Source: Ascidiella aspersa (Eukaryota). From it: a stretch of DNA of 64,000 nucleotides. The notes below the pieces were generated by a model. That model saw nothing but the letters and a program-made list of their open reading frames with translations, was not told the origin of the DNA and ran no database searches. Positions 13,301 through 27,170 of this stretch are shown one piece after another; the first letter of the stretch is position 1; each line of letters opens with the position of its first letter. The position numbers and the translations under genes were made by a program. The stretch spans positions 26,040,001-26,104,000 of the forward strand of contig OZ004614.1 in assembly GCA_963924565.1 (NCBI GenBank), given 5' to 3'.

Positions 13301-16300
13301 AATCAGGCTCAGAACCAATCCCAATAAACCTAACCTTGTAAACTACTGCGGTCGGCGACCCAACCAAATCAAACTGCGACTCGGTTTTGTTTCGAATTGG
13401 GTTCTCATGGGTTGAGAAACACTGATCTCGATCATTTTTTAGTTAGGACTATACACTTAATTTTGTTGTAGTTATACAAATATATAATTTTGTGTTGAAT
13501 GAATAAATCTGCATGAATGTGAATGGTGACAAAAAAACGATCCTGGTTGAACAACAATGATAAAGATTAAACTAAGTAAAAAACTTGGAAAACCGAAAAA
13601 AAGAATCTAATTAAACAAGATAATTATAATGCTAATAGGAGTGAAATATTATTAACGTGTAGCATCAAAACAAGTTGATTTTAAGTTTTCTACATTCCGT
13701 ACTTAGCTTGAACTTTTTTAGTGTTACCAATTAAAAACCAAAAATATTTTAACGCAGTGTCTACAATCTACCTGTGGATTAAACGTCATGTTTTTAATCA
13801 ATTACCAACTGTTTCCAGCTAAAGTTACCCGAGGAATCACACCTTTGCTCGCTTGATACACTTTGCGTGTTATGAGTTGTAACCTCGCATTCGTTTCGCT
13901 CATTGAGCTAGAAACCCAGCAACTTACTTACAACCCGCTGCGATGTTGCAAAACTTTCTTGCAACTAAGTAAGTTTAGTTCACTATTACTTAGCAGTTTA
14001 TCTCGATTATTTTGCGTGAGAATTGTAAAATTGAGACGAAGTTTTGCAAAAAGATATTCTCATTTTGTCAACTTTTAGCGAAATTGGTTCCTATTCTATT
14101 CAAGGTTATTCTGGTTTTGCAGCAAATTTTGGGAAACTAAAACCTTAAAATATATTTACTAAGGAACTCGACTCTTATAATATTCACAGAAACATCCTCA
14201 AAGTTTTCCATGTTTGTACGCACAACTGAGTCTACTTTTCTACGCACATTATACTTTTATCATTGTCGTTTATTTTTGAGCAGGCGATTAGTTGAAATAA
14301 ATTATTTTTCACAATTTAGTCGTATAAACTGGAACAACAATTTCGCTGGTTGCAAGGAAGAATATATTCTCGCAATATTATAGCAAGGTTTTCTTAAAAC
14401 TTCGAAAATTCAAAAATACATTGAAATGCAAACTTCCAACGAAAACCTGTCTGTTTTTGTTGATTGTGTTTTACAGCCTCGTATTCTGGAACCTAACATT
14501 GCAAAGTTTTCCAATGAAGCTTTACTTTACTTTTTGGGCAAGTTCTAACCGAGCAATGAGCAACCATAAGCCTTTGTATGCAAGCGTTTGGCTGGTCGAT
14601 GCGATATCGTAAAATTAACCGCAAACTTTTAAATCGAGTTGAAATTTTAATAATCAGAATTTTTTTTAGAATAACATAATCTGCCTGAATCCGAATGGTG
14701 AAAAATAGACGATTCTAGTTGCACATCAATGATAAAGATTAAGCAAACTACAGAACTTAGTAAATCTATATCTCAGTTCGTTTGGATGCTTTGTATGATA
14801 AATATATTTCACTTCTATAAGCAATTAGGCATAATCAGCATCATAAGTGGTAGATATTGATGGTGCTCATATAAATGAAAAATAATTATTGTGCGACATC
14901 AAAACAAACTGAATTTTGTTTCACTAAGTTTTGCCCTTGTTTCAATTTATTTTTACTATTTTAACTTACTTTCACCTGAACATGTTACAAATTTGACATA
15001 AGACTAGTTTATTATTTAAAACCTGGCACTTATTCTTATGAAACTTTTACCGTTACTTTTCGTGATGCTGCCCCTAAAAAGCTCGTCATTTAATAACTTT
15101 AAATTTAAAAACTACAGTTCAAAACTAACAGCACCATCACAAAACCTCAAACTGCCTCACAGCCCATGAGCTGCCACTGAATGCTGCTTCAGTTGAGCCC
15201 ACAGTCCGCTATACCTGCCAGTCGTCACGCTTTGTACGTTTTACTTCGACACAACCTAACACATCGCCACCATTTTTTTTGTTTCGCGTTTTAGACGTTG
15301 CTGTAGTTTTTACGATAAATTCGATTTGTTGACCATAAATAATTGGTTACTTGCTTTTTAAATCTGTGTTAAACGAATTTACGTGTAAAATTTTGTGTTT
15401 CTGTGCATTACTTTTAATTTGAACAATAAACCGACTTGAAGTGTTTTAGCACAAATATTAAATTATTTTTCAAACCAAAGCTTTTTCATTTTAACTTTAT
15501 TTAACTTCTTAAATTGTGCGAGTAATTATCTTCTTACGACAAACCTCTTTTTTCGTGCTTTCATCCGCCATTTTGAATACCCCACAGATGTTAATATTTT
15601 TGTTTGTTAACATTTATACGTTTTTCGGATTTCTATACAAGGTTTTGCTATGATTTTTTATAAATATAATATATTTGATTTTTCTTCTTACAAACCCTTA
15701 ACAAATAATTAGTTTTAGAAAATCCAACTGATTTTAAAAATTTCACTCGCTGTCGTTAAATTTATTCAAGTTAAAATAAATAAAATTAAAACTTTACAAA
15801 AATTGCAGCAAAAAACTAAAACAACTCCAGAAATGAACCAAACCTTAGATATTATAACAGTCACTTCAAAATACAAATATAAACTTAATTATTCTCACAG
15901 CCACAAAAAATCTTTCACTTAGTCGCAATATAAATCGCAATCTGGCAAAAGTAGCCAGAGTGTTTCTCTTGACAGTCATCGCCGTTAAGGAGGACATATT
16001 TGGGACAAATTCCCTCCAACCTGGGATACATCGGTCTCCTTTGATCGCCCGATAATCCACAATCTTCGCAATATTCCTTCACTTGCTGTTTACAAACCTA
16101 CCACTTCACAACGACCGGTGCGACACAACACTCAGCGTAAGCGCACACCGGTCGCCAATCCGTGTGAAGTTAGCCCGCCGAACACTTTAAGGAAGCTTGC
16201 TTATTTTCACAACGCCCCGGACAGCATGTATATTAGAACAGCGCAAGTAGGGTCGTCAGTCGCTGTGAACAAGCCTGTGATGACGTGCCCCAATACCCGA

Positions 16301-18174
16301 GCCACAAACAACGATACGCGAGTTTTTGCTCAAGAGCCCTTGGCTTAAAGAGCCACCTCAGAAAGTCCGGCTCCGTTTTTTAGGCTTTTTTTCATAAATT
16401 TTTACCATTTTTGGGCCGTTTTCATTGTTTTTTCAATATGGCAGCTTAATTCTTAATTTCATGTATTTGTATTATTTGTTTGGTAAAATGGAATGGTACG
16501 AAAAACCATTGAAAAGACTTTCTATTTGTTCTTCAGCAAACAATATTTGGAAATTAATGGCTGCAGGTTGTAAGATGCAGAATGAATATCAAATCCCATA
16601 AAGAAGTAGGTAGCATTTTGAACGTTATATATATCACTTAATATATTTTCACCAAACCTCTGTGGCGCTAATAATTTCACTAAAAAGGGTGCGGGCCGGT
16701 TTTGAAGTGGCCAGATAAGTTGGCCGAACAGCTCTTAGCCTGAAGGGTCGTTGAGTGAACGAACGTTTGTAAGCAAGTGCTTGGGCCACTTTAGTTGTGT
16801 AATGCTGGCTCTCGAGCCGCTTTGAAACACACAAACGCCCGCTCGTCCCATCTCAAGTGATTTTTCATCTTTTATTGAGCTCGACTGTGATTTGGCAGAT
16901 CCAGATTGGGAAAGAATGTTCGAAGTATCCGTCCCGCCATATAACAAAAATATGTTGTTTCGTCATAAAACGACGGAATTGTTCTATTAGTAAATATCAA
17001 ACGCCAGTGCCTAATCAGTCATCTCAAGCCCGTTCAGATTTTCTTAACGTTTTGAATAACTTTTTATTCATTTTTAACATAGTCTTTTATTCGACGTTCT
17101 CAAAAGGCCACCTACTTCTGTATAGACCTGGATATTCATTTATTTTACGGACAGTAAACAGACAAAGATTTAAAACAAACGAATGATATTTCACCATATA
17201 CTTTTTATAATAAAAGGGCCAAATAACTGTAAGAATTAAAGATCGTGGACCGGGAATAAAATGTTGTGTCGAACTTTATTACCTTGAATTTTTCTTCATA
17301 AATCGTATAATTATTCATCCAAAAACTGTAGTGAACTTAAATAAATTGTCGTTTGGTTTAAATTTTCATTAAAGTTAATGGAATGGTCGTCGACAACATT
17401 CTAACTGTATTTTATCTTCATTAAGTAAATATTCCGCGGGCCGGTAAAATGAACTCTGTTCGGTGACCCCTGATTTAAAATATAAATTAAGTAATGTGAT
17501 CGTATCACAAAAGCAAACAAGAGTTTGAGTTTCTTCTCAAGCTAAAATAAAACCACCATTGTTTTGGTGACACCAGCAATATTTACATCAAACCATTTTT
17601 TGTTGATTCTTCACCAAGAAGTCGCGCCTTGTTTTTAACCGCTACGGATTAATTGTAACATTGCCCGACTTATCCCTTACTCTGTGGACACGGATTGTTG
17701 TCCTCTTCTCTTTCCTTCATCCGAGTTTTTTTTTATTTTTCATAAAATGTATTTGATAAAAAATATTGTCAGTCTAAACCTTCTTTGCAAAGATTAACAC
17801 TTTGACCTTGGCCCGCTCAGATTCTATTCTGCCACGTTTTTGAAACTTTTTTACCTGTCAATCATTTTAATCCTCCTCTGTTACATAACATACTTGTATT
17901 TTTATCGCAGTTTCGCTGTTTAAAATGTAGAACATATAATATCAAAATCAAAGCCAAAAAGGTCGAGGAAATCGACATGATCTTGATTGAGACGTTTCGA
18001 TACGAACTTGTATTATCTTCAAATAAATTTTGGCTTTGAATTTCATTACCAAGCTTTTTAGGTAGACATAGAATGAAAATCAAAGCCATTATAGAAGTAT
18101 ACCGAAAGCCATTGCATACTCTTCACCGAATCTGTCGATCAATGATGCAAGCAGGGCAGACCAGAAAAACAACT

Positions 18175-18249
18175 GGCCTGCAGTGAGGTTCGAACTCACG
18201 ACCTCCGGTCAAGCCGGGACCGTCGCTCTACCAACTGAGCTATGCAGGC
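18175..18249 (-). repeat. tRNA-like (Pol III A/B box) repeat
   Basis: Reverse complement GCCTGCATAGCTCAGTTGGTAGAGCGACGGTCCCGGCTTGACCGGAGGTCGTGAGTTCGAACCTCACTGCAGGCC: paired acceptor, D and T stems, non-canonical anticodon loop, T-run just downstream. Confidence 0.75.
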
Positions 18250-21200
18250 TCAGAAGGGAACGAGTCGAGAAACAAGCATACGCCAATGCTTGCTCAATCT
18301 GTTAGTACAAGCAACTTCAATTGAAGGGGATTCACAGTTATCATTAAGATGTCAGCTGTAAACACACATATGTATTTGCATGTTTCATTATAGAAGAAAG
18401 TAGCATTTTGAACGTTCCGAATGAATCTTTTTTCTTTTCAACATCAAGGTTGAAAAATAAAGATTTATTTAAAAAGTTCAAAATGTTACCCACAAAAACG
18501 ATTTAACAAATTATTTTTTAAGACCTAGAAGCCCTGTTACACCCATTTTTTAGGCTTAGCGTTGGTAACTGCTAAGAAGTTGGAAAAAACAAAAGCTTTT
18601 TTTCAAGTAGGTCATAAATATAGCACTTATTATTTGCAGTTCGTATTTTAATAAACGATTTGATCTAATAAAAACATGGTTTTAACAGATATAAGGTGTA
18701 ACAATTAATTTTAAGCCTTTTACCGACCAAACGTTTGTTTAGTTATGTTTTATGTCAAGTCAAAAAAACTCCTATACTTATTGTGTGAGTGATAAATGAC
18801 TTAATTTAGTGAAATGTGGCATGCTTGCTGTTTAAGTGTGTCCACCCTGGAGTGTAGCAAGTGACACAGTTGTGTGTTCGTTGTTTTGCCCGCATAAGGT
18901 GTTTAGGCTGGATAAGGTGGTGGTCTGGATCAAGTGTTGCCATTTAAGTGCTTATCTTCACACTTAAACCCTCAGTTATAAACCATAGCTGCTCCGTGGG
19001 GGTGTTTACCCCCAAACGCCCCCTGTTGACCCCTAATAACCCCTTTGAGACTTCCTTGTTGACCCTGGTGCGTCTAATCTTGTACCAAAACAACGGCAAG
19101 GTGTTACTGCGGTAATTTTAGCGGCGTTAAGTAAAGAAAGCCAAGGTGATTCACACTAGGTACAACTTTGCGCTCAAAATTTGCTATTTTAGTTAATATA
19201 TTTGTATAACATTATAAATACTTTACACCTGGAAACGACAGTGTTTTAAACAAGTTAGTTTGAAATTACTTAAGTCCCAGCTAAACATTAGAAAAATAAC
19301 TTAAGTCCAAGTCAAGTCAATTGTGAAGTGACTTTAATCCAAATCAAACCTTATGAAAAAATAAATCCCAGTCCAGCCATTATTAAAGCAAATCAAATCA
19401 CTTTATTAAAATAAAATATCTATGTCTGAAAATGCAAACGTCTTAATGGTATCAATACATTTAAAACAGTGCATATTCCAATCTCAACGCGTGTTGCCTA
19501 TTTGTAATGCAAATACCTTATTTTCCAAAGTTGCAAACGTTTTAGAGCGCACTGAACAATCTCCCGAGACCCACACGGTTTGACAATCACTAATCTATAG
19601 CGCAATTTTAAAGAAATTTGACCAAGAGCTTCATATTTACATTAACGTTTTGGACTTAGTGTCCAGGCACCCTTGACGTTGACACAAAAGATTACCCTTC
19701 TTGGGTGAAGTGTTAGGGTTTAAGGGGATGCCCCTAGACCCCATTGTTTGTAGTCGGTTCGCGTCCAACCTCTTCTATTTTAAACAAGCAAGAAATTCTG
19801 AAAAGTTTTCATCACTGTGTTTCGACCGGAAAACATTGCAGGAGCTAAACGTTTATTTTCGCGTTATGCGACTTGAGTCATCCAACCGATAACAAAATAT
19901 ATTTCCTTTGAATAAGATTTTATTTTTACCCTGCGTAAAACAAAATCTCTAAATATGGTTCTAATTTTGTTCGAAAAGTCTAGTATTGGTATGCTATGTT
20001 AATAAATAAAATAATCTATATATGTGGTTCTCAAAGTGTTGGTCACGACCCAACCATGGCAGAGAGTAACAAAATTTGTCGCTCAAATACGATTAAATCT
20101 GCCACTAATTATACTGTTGAATTTTTATCTTTCTATCAAGTCGCTTCATCCAAACATGGACTAAATTACTGCGTCAGACTCATTTTTTTGGTTTCGTCTT
20201 TTGAAATAGGTCACGGGATTAAGACGTTACTAAATCAATTTAATCGATTTGCTAAGAATTGAGTAAATTCACTAGAATCTGGCACACCACACTATAGTTT
20301 TTCGTGTCTTGGGTAGAGAGGTTTTGATAAACTCAAATTTGGGTCACACATAAAAAAAAATTGGTGAACCACCGATTTATAGCCTGTAGGCACATTTGCA
20401 TTTCTTTTGTTACTGATTGGTCATAATTTTAACCAATCGATGCTTGTGATTTGTGTGAAGTGTGCAACAGTTGAGCCGGTTTGGAATGTTGAACACTGAC
20501 CCTTGGCATTGTTCAATCTTGTAATTAGATTAACTCCGAGCTCTTTAATTGCGAGTTAAGCCAAGAACTGCCAGGAATAACTGGTTGAATGAAACGAAGG
20601 ATAATTCCTCGACTGTCCACTAATTCATCAACGTCGCATTGCAGCGTCCAGCGCCACAATTTACCCTCTTTGCTTGTTTGTTATGTAAGCTCACCCCGGT
20701 TACCCCTTATCAGCCCCACATCTGGGTTGCCGGACAGCCCCAGTCATGCATGGGTGAACCCTAGACAGCTTACCCCGTTCCGCCTCATCAATTCCACTTC
20801 ACCCCACTGGACAAGCAACTTGGTGAAGCTCTTGACCTTTTTGCTTCGGACACCGACTGGTCAGTTAATGCGGATGTGGTCAGCGTGGGACAATGCGTCT
20901 TTGTGACGTTTTAAGGGGTTAATGCAAATCGACACAAAAACATTGAAAGTCAAAACGTAAAATGATTTAAGACACAGATTTTGTAATATTGTCACAAAAG
21001 GATTGCTGTTTTATACACATTAGGTAAATGTCGTTAAGTGTAAAACTAAATCTAACAAAAAGGTTAGATTTTATCTTTTAAAGCTATGAAGAAACTCGAA
21101 TTCACTAATAAGCCCACTTCTAAATATATTATTAAAAACGTAATAATCTAAATACGAGTATTTGTGGGTGTTTGAAAATTGTTACACTTTTACTAAAAAT

Positions 21201-21445
21201 ATTTTATGTAGTTAATATAGCAAATCAAAATTTGGTTTTTATTACCGTTGTATTAGCTTTTGCGTACTGAAATTGTTATTTTCTCAGATTCTAGATATAG
21301 ACATACATAGCTTCTAATTAAAAAAATATTTACATTTCAAATGTCAAAATTAACTGCTAAAAGGCCACCTGCAATACATTTGCTTCAAAATAATTAATCT
21401 CCCAGTCGCGGATTTAATTTCAGCTCTTTACTGCCATTTGTGTAT

Positions 21446-21459
21446 GTTGGTATGGCGAC
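21446..21459. promoter_or_regulatory. Imperfect RFX X-box upstream of the THEG-like gene
   Basis: GTTGGTATGGCGAC ~200 bp upstream of the ATG; RFX sites are typical of ciliary/flagellar gene promoters. Confidence 0.45.
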
Positions 21460-21662
21460 GAAAGTAGTTCAAGCGTGACGTTAATTGTTTGTGGCTTTTC
21501 ATTGAAGTTTTGTCACAAGATTAATTTACACATGTGTTTAAATGCTTGTATTTGGCTTGTAGCTAACTTCTATAGGCCGGTGTACCTGTTTATTAATTTG
21601 TACTTGCATTTTGTAGGTTGCTTTAGCGTTTCTTGTTTACTTATTTCGGCTAAAAGATGATA

Positions 21663-24600
21663 ATGGCTGAAGTAGAATCATGTAAGTTTTTATTTGCTTT
21701 GTTTTAAATTTAAACCATTCTTTTTTGTTAAGATCTATTTAATTTGCTCGAGTCATTAGCCATCCTAATAAAGTTACATCTGCATAAATTAATTTTAACA
21801 ATTTAACCAAACATTTTGCAAATGTCAAATATTTGTTTTATTTAATTGCAACTTAACTATAGGCTCAGGTCTAACAGTCATATTCGTTTTTTGACAAATT
21901 GTTCTCTAAATTAAAAAAAAATAGTAACACTACATTCTTTAAACAAAAAAAACATAAAAATAAATTCCATATTCGCCGACAATGCAGATGTAGCAATCTA
22001 GTATTAGGCTAGTGAAAATTTTTGCCCTACGCGAGCGTTTCATGGAAAAACTTACGTACAATATCATTTTTTACATATCAGTAAATGTAATCGAAGAGGA
22101 GTTACTTCCAAGTCTACATTACTATTGTCGTAAACAATCGTGAAACATAAGATTGTAAACAAACAATCGCACGCTTCCTTATATAGCTGTTTATAGACTT
22201 TTCTTGTGTCCGTTGCGCAAAGCGTAAAATGCTTTTATATCGTTCAAGTTACTTAAACTTTCATTTTCTAGGGTGCGATAAGACTTACAACGCATTTGGC
22301 TAAAATGATTTTATTAAATGGAATAAGACATACTGAAAACGTAATCCACACATTTTTATTAAAAAGTCAAAAATACAGTTTTTTTGGTGTGTGTGGGGGG
22401 CATGGGTATGTACCCTCCCTCCTGAATCCGTCCCAGTTAGTGAGAATTAACTCACGACAAATAACTAAAACTTTATTTACTTTGCTTACCAGACGATCGC
22501 ACTCAGCGTATCAACAACTTGGCTCAGCACAAGAAAACACCTCCAGGCTTCATCGAGGATAGGAGGTCAGTTTACTGGGTCGACAAGATTCCGCCGGCAC
22601 CCCCAACTAACTGCGGTAAGTAGGTTTATGTTTGTACACACATTTCACTCTTTGAAGGCGAACTTGTTTTTTGAGACCTTAAGTTGGTTAAGGCTGATCC
22701 CAACAGAGTTGTAAACAAGTCTTTTTAAACCGTCATAAGTCCCAGTCCGAATCAACTTCAACTCTAATCTTTAAAATAAAAAAATATATTAAACCAATAA
22801 AATTAAGTAAACCCATACATTATGAGGAATAGGTTAGCCAAAAAAAAAAAAACTCTACATATAGCAAGTTGTACTACAACGTTAAGCCATTATATCAAGA
22901 TTTTTTCGAAACATTTACAAAATTCTGCGTACTTTTCCATGGGCTTTGGTATTTCTGGATTCCTGCAACCTCCAGCCATTATGGCCCTAAATGTCAATTA
23001 CAATCGACCATTGCAGTTTTAACCCCGCGTCAAATGGAGCTTGTTCGTTGCAAGCCGATCGACCGCGAGTTCCAAGCTGACCGACCCTCGCCCATCTGGC
23101 AAGTAAGCCGCGCAGCTCTCAACTTCCCAGAGAGGGAAAGGCTCAAGCAACTCTCTGAGTCCAAAGCGTTCCACCAATCGTGGAAACCGATGCGTTCTGT
23201 GTACACTGTGGTGCCTGACGCTGCTAAGACGGCGACCCCAACCAAAAGGTACTAGCATGTTCGATACTTTGTATTGCACTGCATTGTCGCCTCTGTTAAC
23301 CTTACACAATGTAGTATAAGTTCTTTATGGCTTATTTAGATGTGTAAGCATTCTGTAGCTCGCGATCAAAGGTCACTGAGCACATAGTGCTTCCAGATCG
23401 TAGTTGTCTTTACTTTAGTTGGTGTTACTCCCTTGTCGCGATAGGTGATCGCATTACTGCGTATTTGGTTCTATTGTGTCGTTGGTATTAAAACTATGGT
23501 TTTATAGATTTATCTGCTTTAGGTATGTTGCTTTTTAGGTCTTATTGTGTGTTTTCACTGCCTAGTCGTAGCAGGAGTTGGCGCTGTTAGTTACTTTAAG
23601 TGTTTGGCGATGATGGTAAGCCTACTCTGATGCTGTTTCTTATTTAATAACATTGTTCTGTATTTATTTACAAGTTATTCGAATGAGCTATGAATCTATT
23701 GCCTTATAAATAAATCCCAGTACCTTTTTAAAGACTTCAGTATCGGATCGGATCCATTAGTTTACATGGTGCAAATTTAATTCAGCAATAATATAGCCAT
23801 CCAACTTAAAACCAAATACGTAATTTGTAAAGTAAAAAAAAACAAATTTGCAAGAAATCAAACTACATAAAATTTATATTATTACGTTTTAAATGAACAA
23901 ATGGTTTCTATAGCGCAGTAAAAAGATTCCACACCTTATTCCCCTGTTCAAGCTACTTTGTGGGGCAAACGTGGTTTTCGGAGGCAAATATTGCCGAAAA
24001 CTTTAACATAATCACATGAAACCAACGTTGATTGTTGGGGTACACTCCTTTGAGAAATGCGTTTGGTTTTTCTTTACCAAATTAGTTAATTGAAATTTTA
24101 GCAGCAAACTGTTAACTTTAAACAGTGGTCACGAACGTTTTCTCATAAAGGGATGGATAAAAAAAGTCTTAAATAACCTAATTCTTGATATACGACGGAA
24201 AATTAAAAGAACAATAACAAGCGTAGTTATAGCTTTAGAAAATTGTCCTGCATTTAAAAATTTCTTTAAAATTTAGATTTGAATTGCATCGACAACATTT
24301 TAACTGCTTCATTTAAAAAATATTTCGCCGTCTGAATTAATTGACCCGATGGTCCGTAGTTTAGTGACCACTGCCTTAAAACATAAAGGCCTATTTCTCA
24401 ATTACACTGAAAAAATCATCAATATAAAACTATAGACACGCTATCTAACAAAAATGCCTTTGTTAAACCACTATTACGTCACAATAGGCTTGTGGAGCTG
24501 GCGCGCCCGAAGCAGTTTGACCCCCTGTTAATCAAGTCGAACAGCTCATGGGATTGGGGGGAGTGGCGCAGTGACGTACCAAGGGAATCACTCACCCATA

Positions 24601-25552
24601 TGGCGTCTGCAAGGTTGGAACAACTGGCCGAAGCCAAACCAACTCCTGCGGCTTACAAGGACAACAGAACTGTCATGTGGCCAGTTTCAAAGGGGGCTAA
24701 GACCGCGCAGGTGGGATACTGTGAACGATATTACGGTACTCGATATTTATTAGATTCTCGATATTTGTTTGTTATCGATATTTGTCGAATAGTCGATACT
24801 CTGCATTTGTCCGATACTTTATACTCGATATTGTTTTAATAACCGATATTCGATATATTACCAATATTACGATACTCATATATTTTTCAATACCCGATAT
24901 TGTCCGATACTCGATATTTGTCTGATCATATTGTCCGGTATTTGTGTAGTAGTCGATTCTCTGTATATGCCCGATACTCGATAAACAAAATATGACCTAC
25001 CGGCTCACTACTATTCTTAATATTTTCCAAAAATCTTGTTTGATACTCCAAATATTTCATTTAATCCGGTACTAGATACTTGTTGTCTTCTACTCGATAC
25101 TTTGGGTAATTAATATTTTGGGGCATTTGTCTGAATGTCCGAAATCATGTTTTCTAAAATGTGCATGGAATAATTTTTATGTCGTGTAACGTTTCGTTTT
25201 TTTTTTTGCACAAAACCTTCGAAGTGAGTCTTTAAATGCCTTGCTGGTAGTTTACCTCTGTTATTGTTTAATGATGTTTAAAATATCTTTAAATATCAAG
25301 CCCAGTTACAATTTTTGACGGTCAATCTTGCAAACCTCGTAAATTCTTGACTTTCGCCTTAAAACTAACTTTGATTGTGTCTAGCCTTCGACCAGGCAAC
25401 AACAGCTTGCTCGTCCGAAAACCCGCGCCTCCCTCGACCAAGATTACGATCCTTACAAGGTTTCTTTCGCCGCTAGGAACGCTGTTGCTTCACCACGTGT
25501 CGGCGAACTCGCTACAGCCATTCCGCGCAAAGTCAGGGCCAAGAAGGCTTAG
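21663..25552 (+). CDS. THEG: THEG/SPMAP2-like protein (testicular haploid expressed gene repeats), 5 exons, ~254 aa
   Basis: Exons 21663-21681, 22493-22615, 23017-23248, 24488-24710 and 25385-25552 total 765 nt, open through all GT-AG junctions. Repeated THEG-type motifs: RINNLAQHK..DRRSVYW, DRPSPIWQVSRAAL, RLVELARPK, ASARLEQLAEAK, WPVSKGAK, RQQQLARPK, ASPRVGELATAIPRK. The first exon is the least certain, with an alternative ATG at 21657. Confidence 0.85.
24123..24373. mobile_element. hAT-type MITE in intron 3 of the THEG-like gene
   Basis: TIR CAGTGGTCAC/GTGACCACTG; degenerate TSD ACTTTAAA/CCTTAAAA. Internal sequence resembles ~17205-17472 and ~33710-34000. Confidence 0.6.
24725..24985. repeat. 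Degenerate array of CGATA(C/T)T motifs
   Basis: Repeated TACTCGATAT/GTCCGATACT words, similar to the 57-bp unit. Confidence 0.6.
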
Positions 25553-27170
25553 GGAAATCACCGCCCGGGGCATTTTGCAGTAGCAGTCTGTTTGTAAATG
25601 AATGTTGTTTGTTGTATAAAACATAGATCCATGTTGGCCTTGCTTTCTACATAAATGCCTGTTCTATAGTAAGTACCTGTTCATAGTATAGCATGAATTA
25701 CTTGCCCGTAAACGTATGTTGTTAGGTAATATAGATATTTGCCAAATAGTTTAAACCCAACTTACCAGGGATGTAGTTTTGTTGATAACTTGCCGTTAAA
25801 GAATCAAAAGTGCCTTACCTAACAATCCGCTCTTACCTAATGTTATAGTGGTTTCACAAACCACTAACTTGATCGCATTTCGCTCATATGGTTCCACAAG
25901 AGGTAAGTAATACACATTACACAGCTACGCCAAGCCCAGTCCATCCTATCCGCTTTTTAAATATTATATTTTCGCTCCACGTTTTGTTATTTTCCACAAA
26001 GTTAGGTCCGATTTCAACACAGTTATAAGGTCTATGTGTAGTTGAGACGTATTATGTTGAAGGTTAAAATCTTATTTAAAAATCGTAAAGAAATAATTTA
26101 TAGTTTTTCCATGTCTAACAAATGTCTTTCCCTCTACTTGTTTCATCCCAAGATTTCTGCGCTAACCATGCTTTAATGTGTGCTTTATGTGACGGCAGGA
26201 TTACTTCACTGGGGCCATATTAAATCCCAAATCCCAGTCCTTCTGTTGGGGATTAGTTGTTCTAATCCACCTTGACCAATCCTTTCATCCAAAAACGCAG
26301 GAAAATCCTTTTGTGTGAGTTTCTTGCTTTTCCATGTTTTTATGCGACGAACAAAACTCATAGCGGTGCCATATTTTCCATTCTACATACTAATTGCTTA
26401 TGTTTTTCCCGCAATCGCCTGCCTAAAAAGATTAAGTCCAAATGGTTATATTGCCAAACTGCATTTTGTTGCCTAACCTTTTAGTGCTTCACAATTATGA
26501 GATTACCTTCTTTTAAGCTGCGAACGAATGTTACTAGTATTTAAATTGTTTACCTTTGTTTTTCGTGGGTGTTATTTAGGAATAAATGTATATTGAAGAA
26601 AGTTCTTCTTTCGATTAAAATTAACATTTCATTACTTTAACAATACGATTTAATATAACTGCAATTATTGAGTAGTTAAAATAATTCTAATATCACCGTT
26701 AATATTTACAACGGTACTTGTTTTCGTTAAGCAAAAATATTATTTTTTTATTTCGTTCGAAGATATAAAAAAAATTGACGATTTAAGCATCTTTAAATAT
26801 TTCTCGTTATGGCTTTCAAATTATCCTTCAAAACAATTTGGTACTGCATTGAAATCTATTCTAGTTTTAGTTTGTATGATATTTATTTTTTTTGCAAAGC
26901 CTAACATAAAAAGTATATTGCCTTTAAATGTGTACTTTACTTACTTTATATAAAACTTTTATGCCAATGCTAATAGAAACGTCGGTTAGTAAACAAAGTT
27001 CGTGTATTAAGCAGAAAAAAGCACGACGCGAATTTGGAAAGAACGTAATCGACGTAAATAGAGAAGGTATAGTGTTGACTTTGTACAAGAAACAAAAAGC
27101 AAGTTGAAGCAAATTTTTACAGCAATCCCATCTTCGGAAATTGGCTCAGCGGTCATCCGATATAGTGGTA

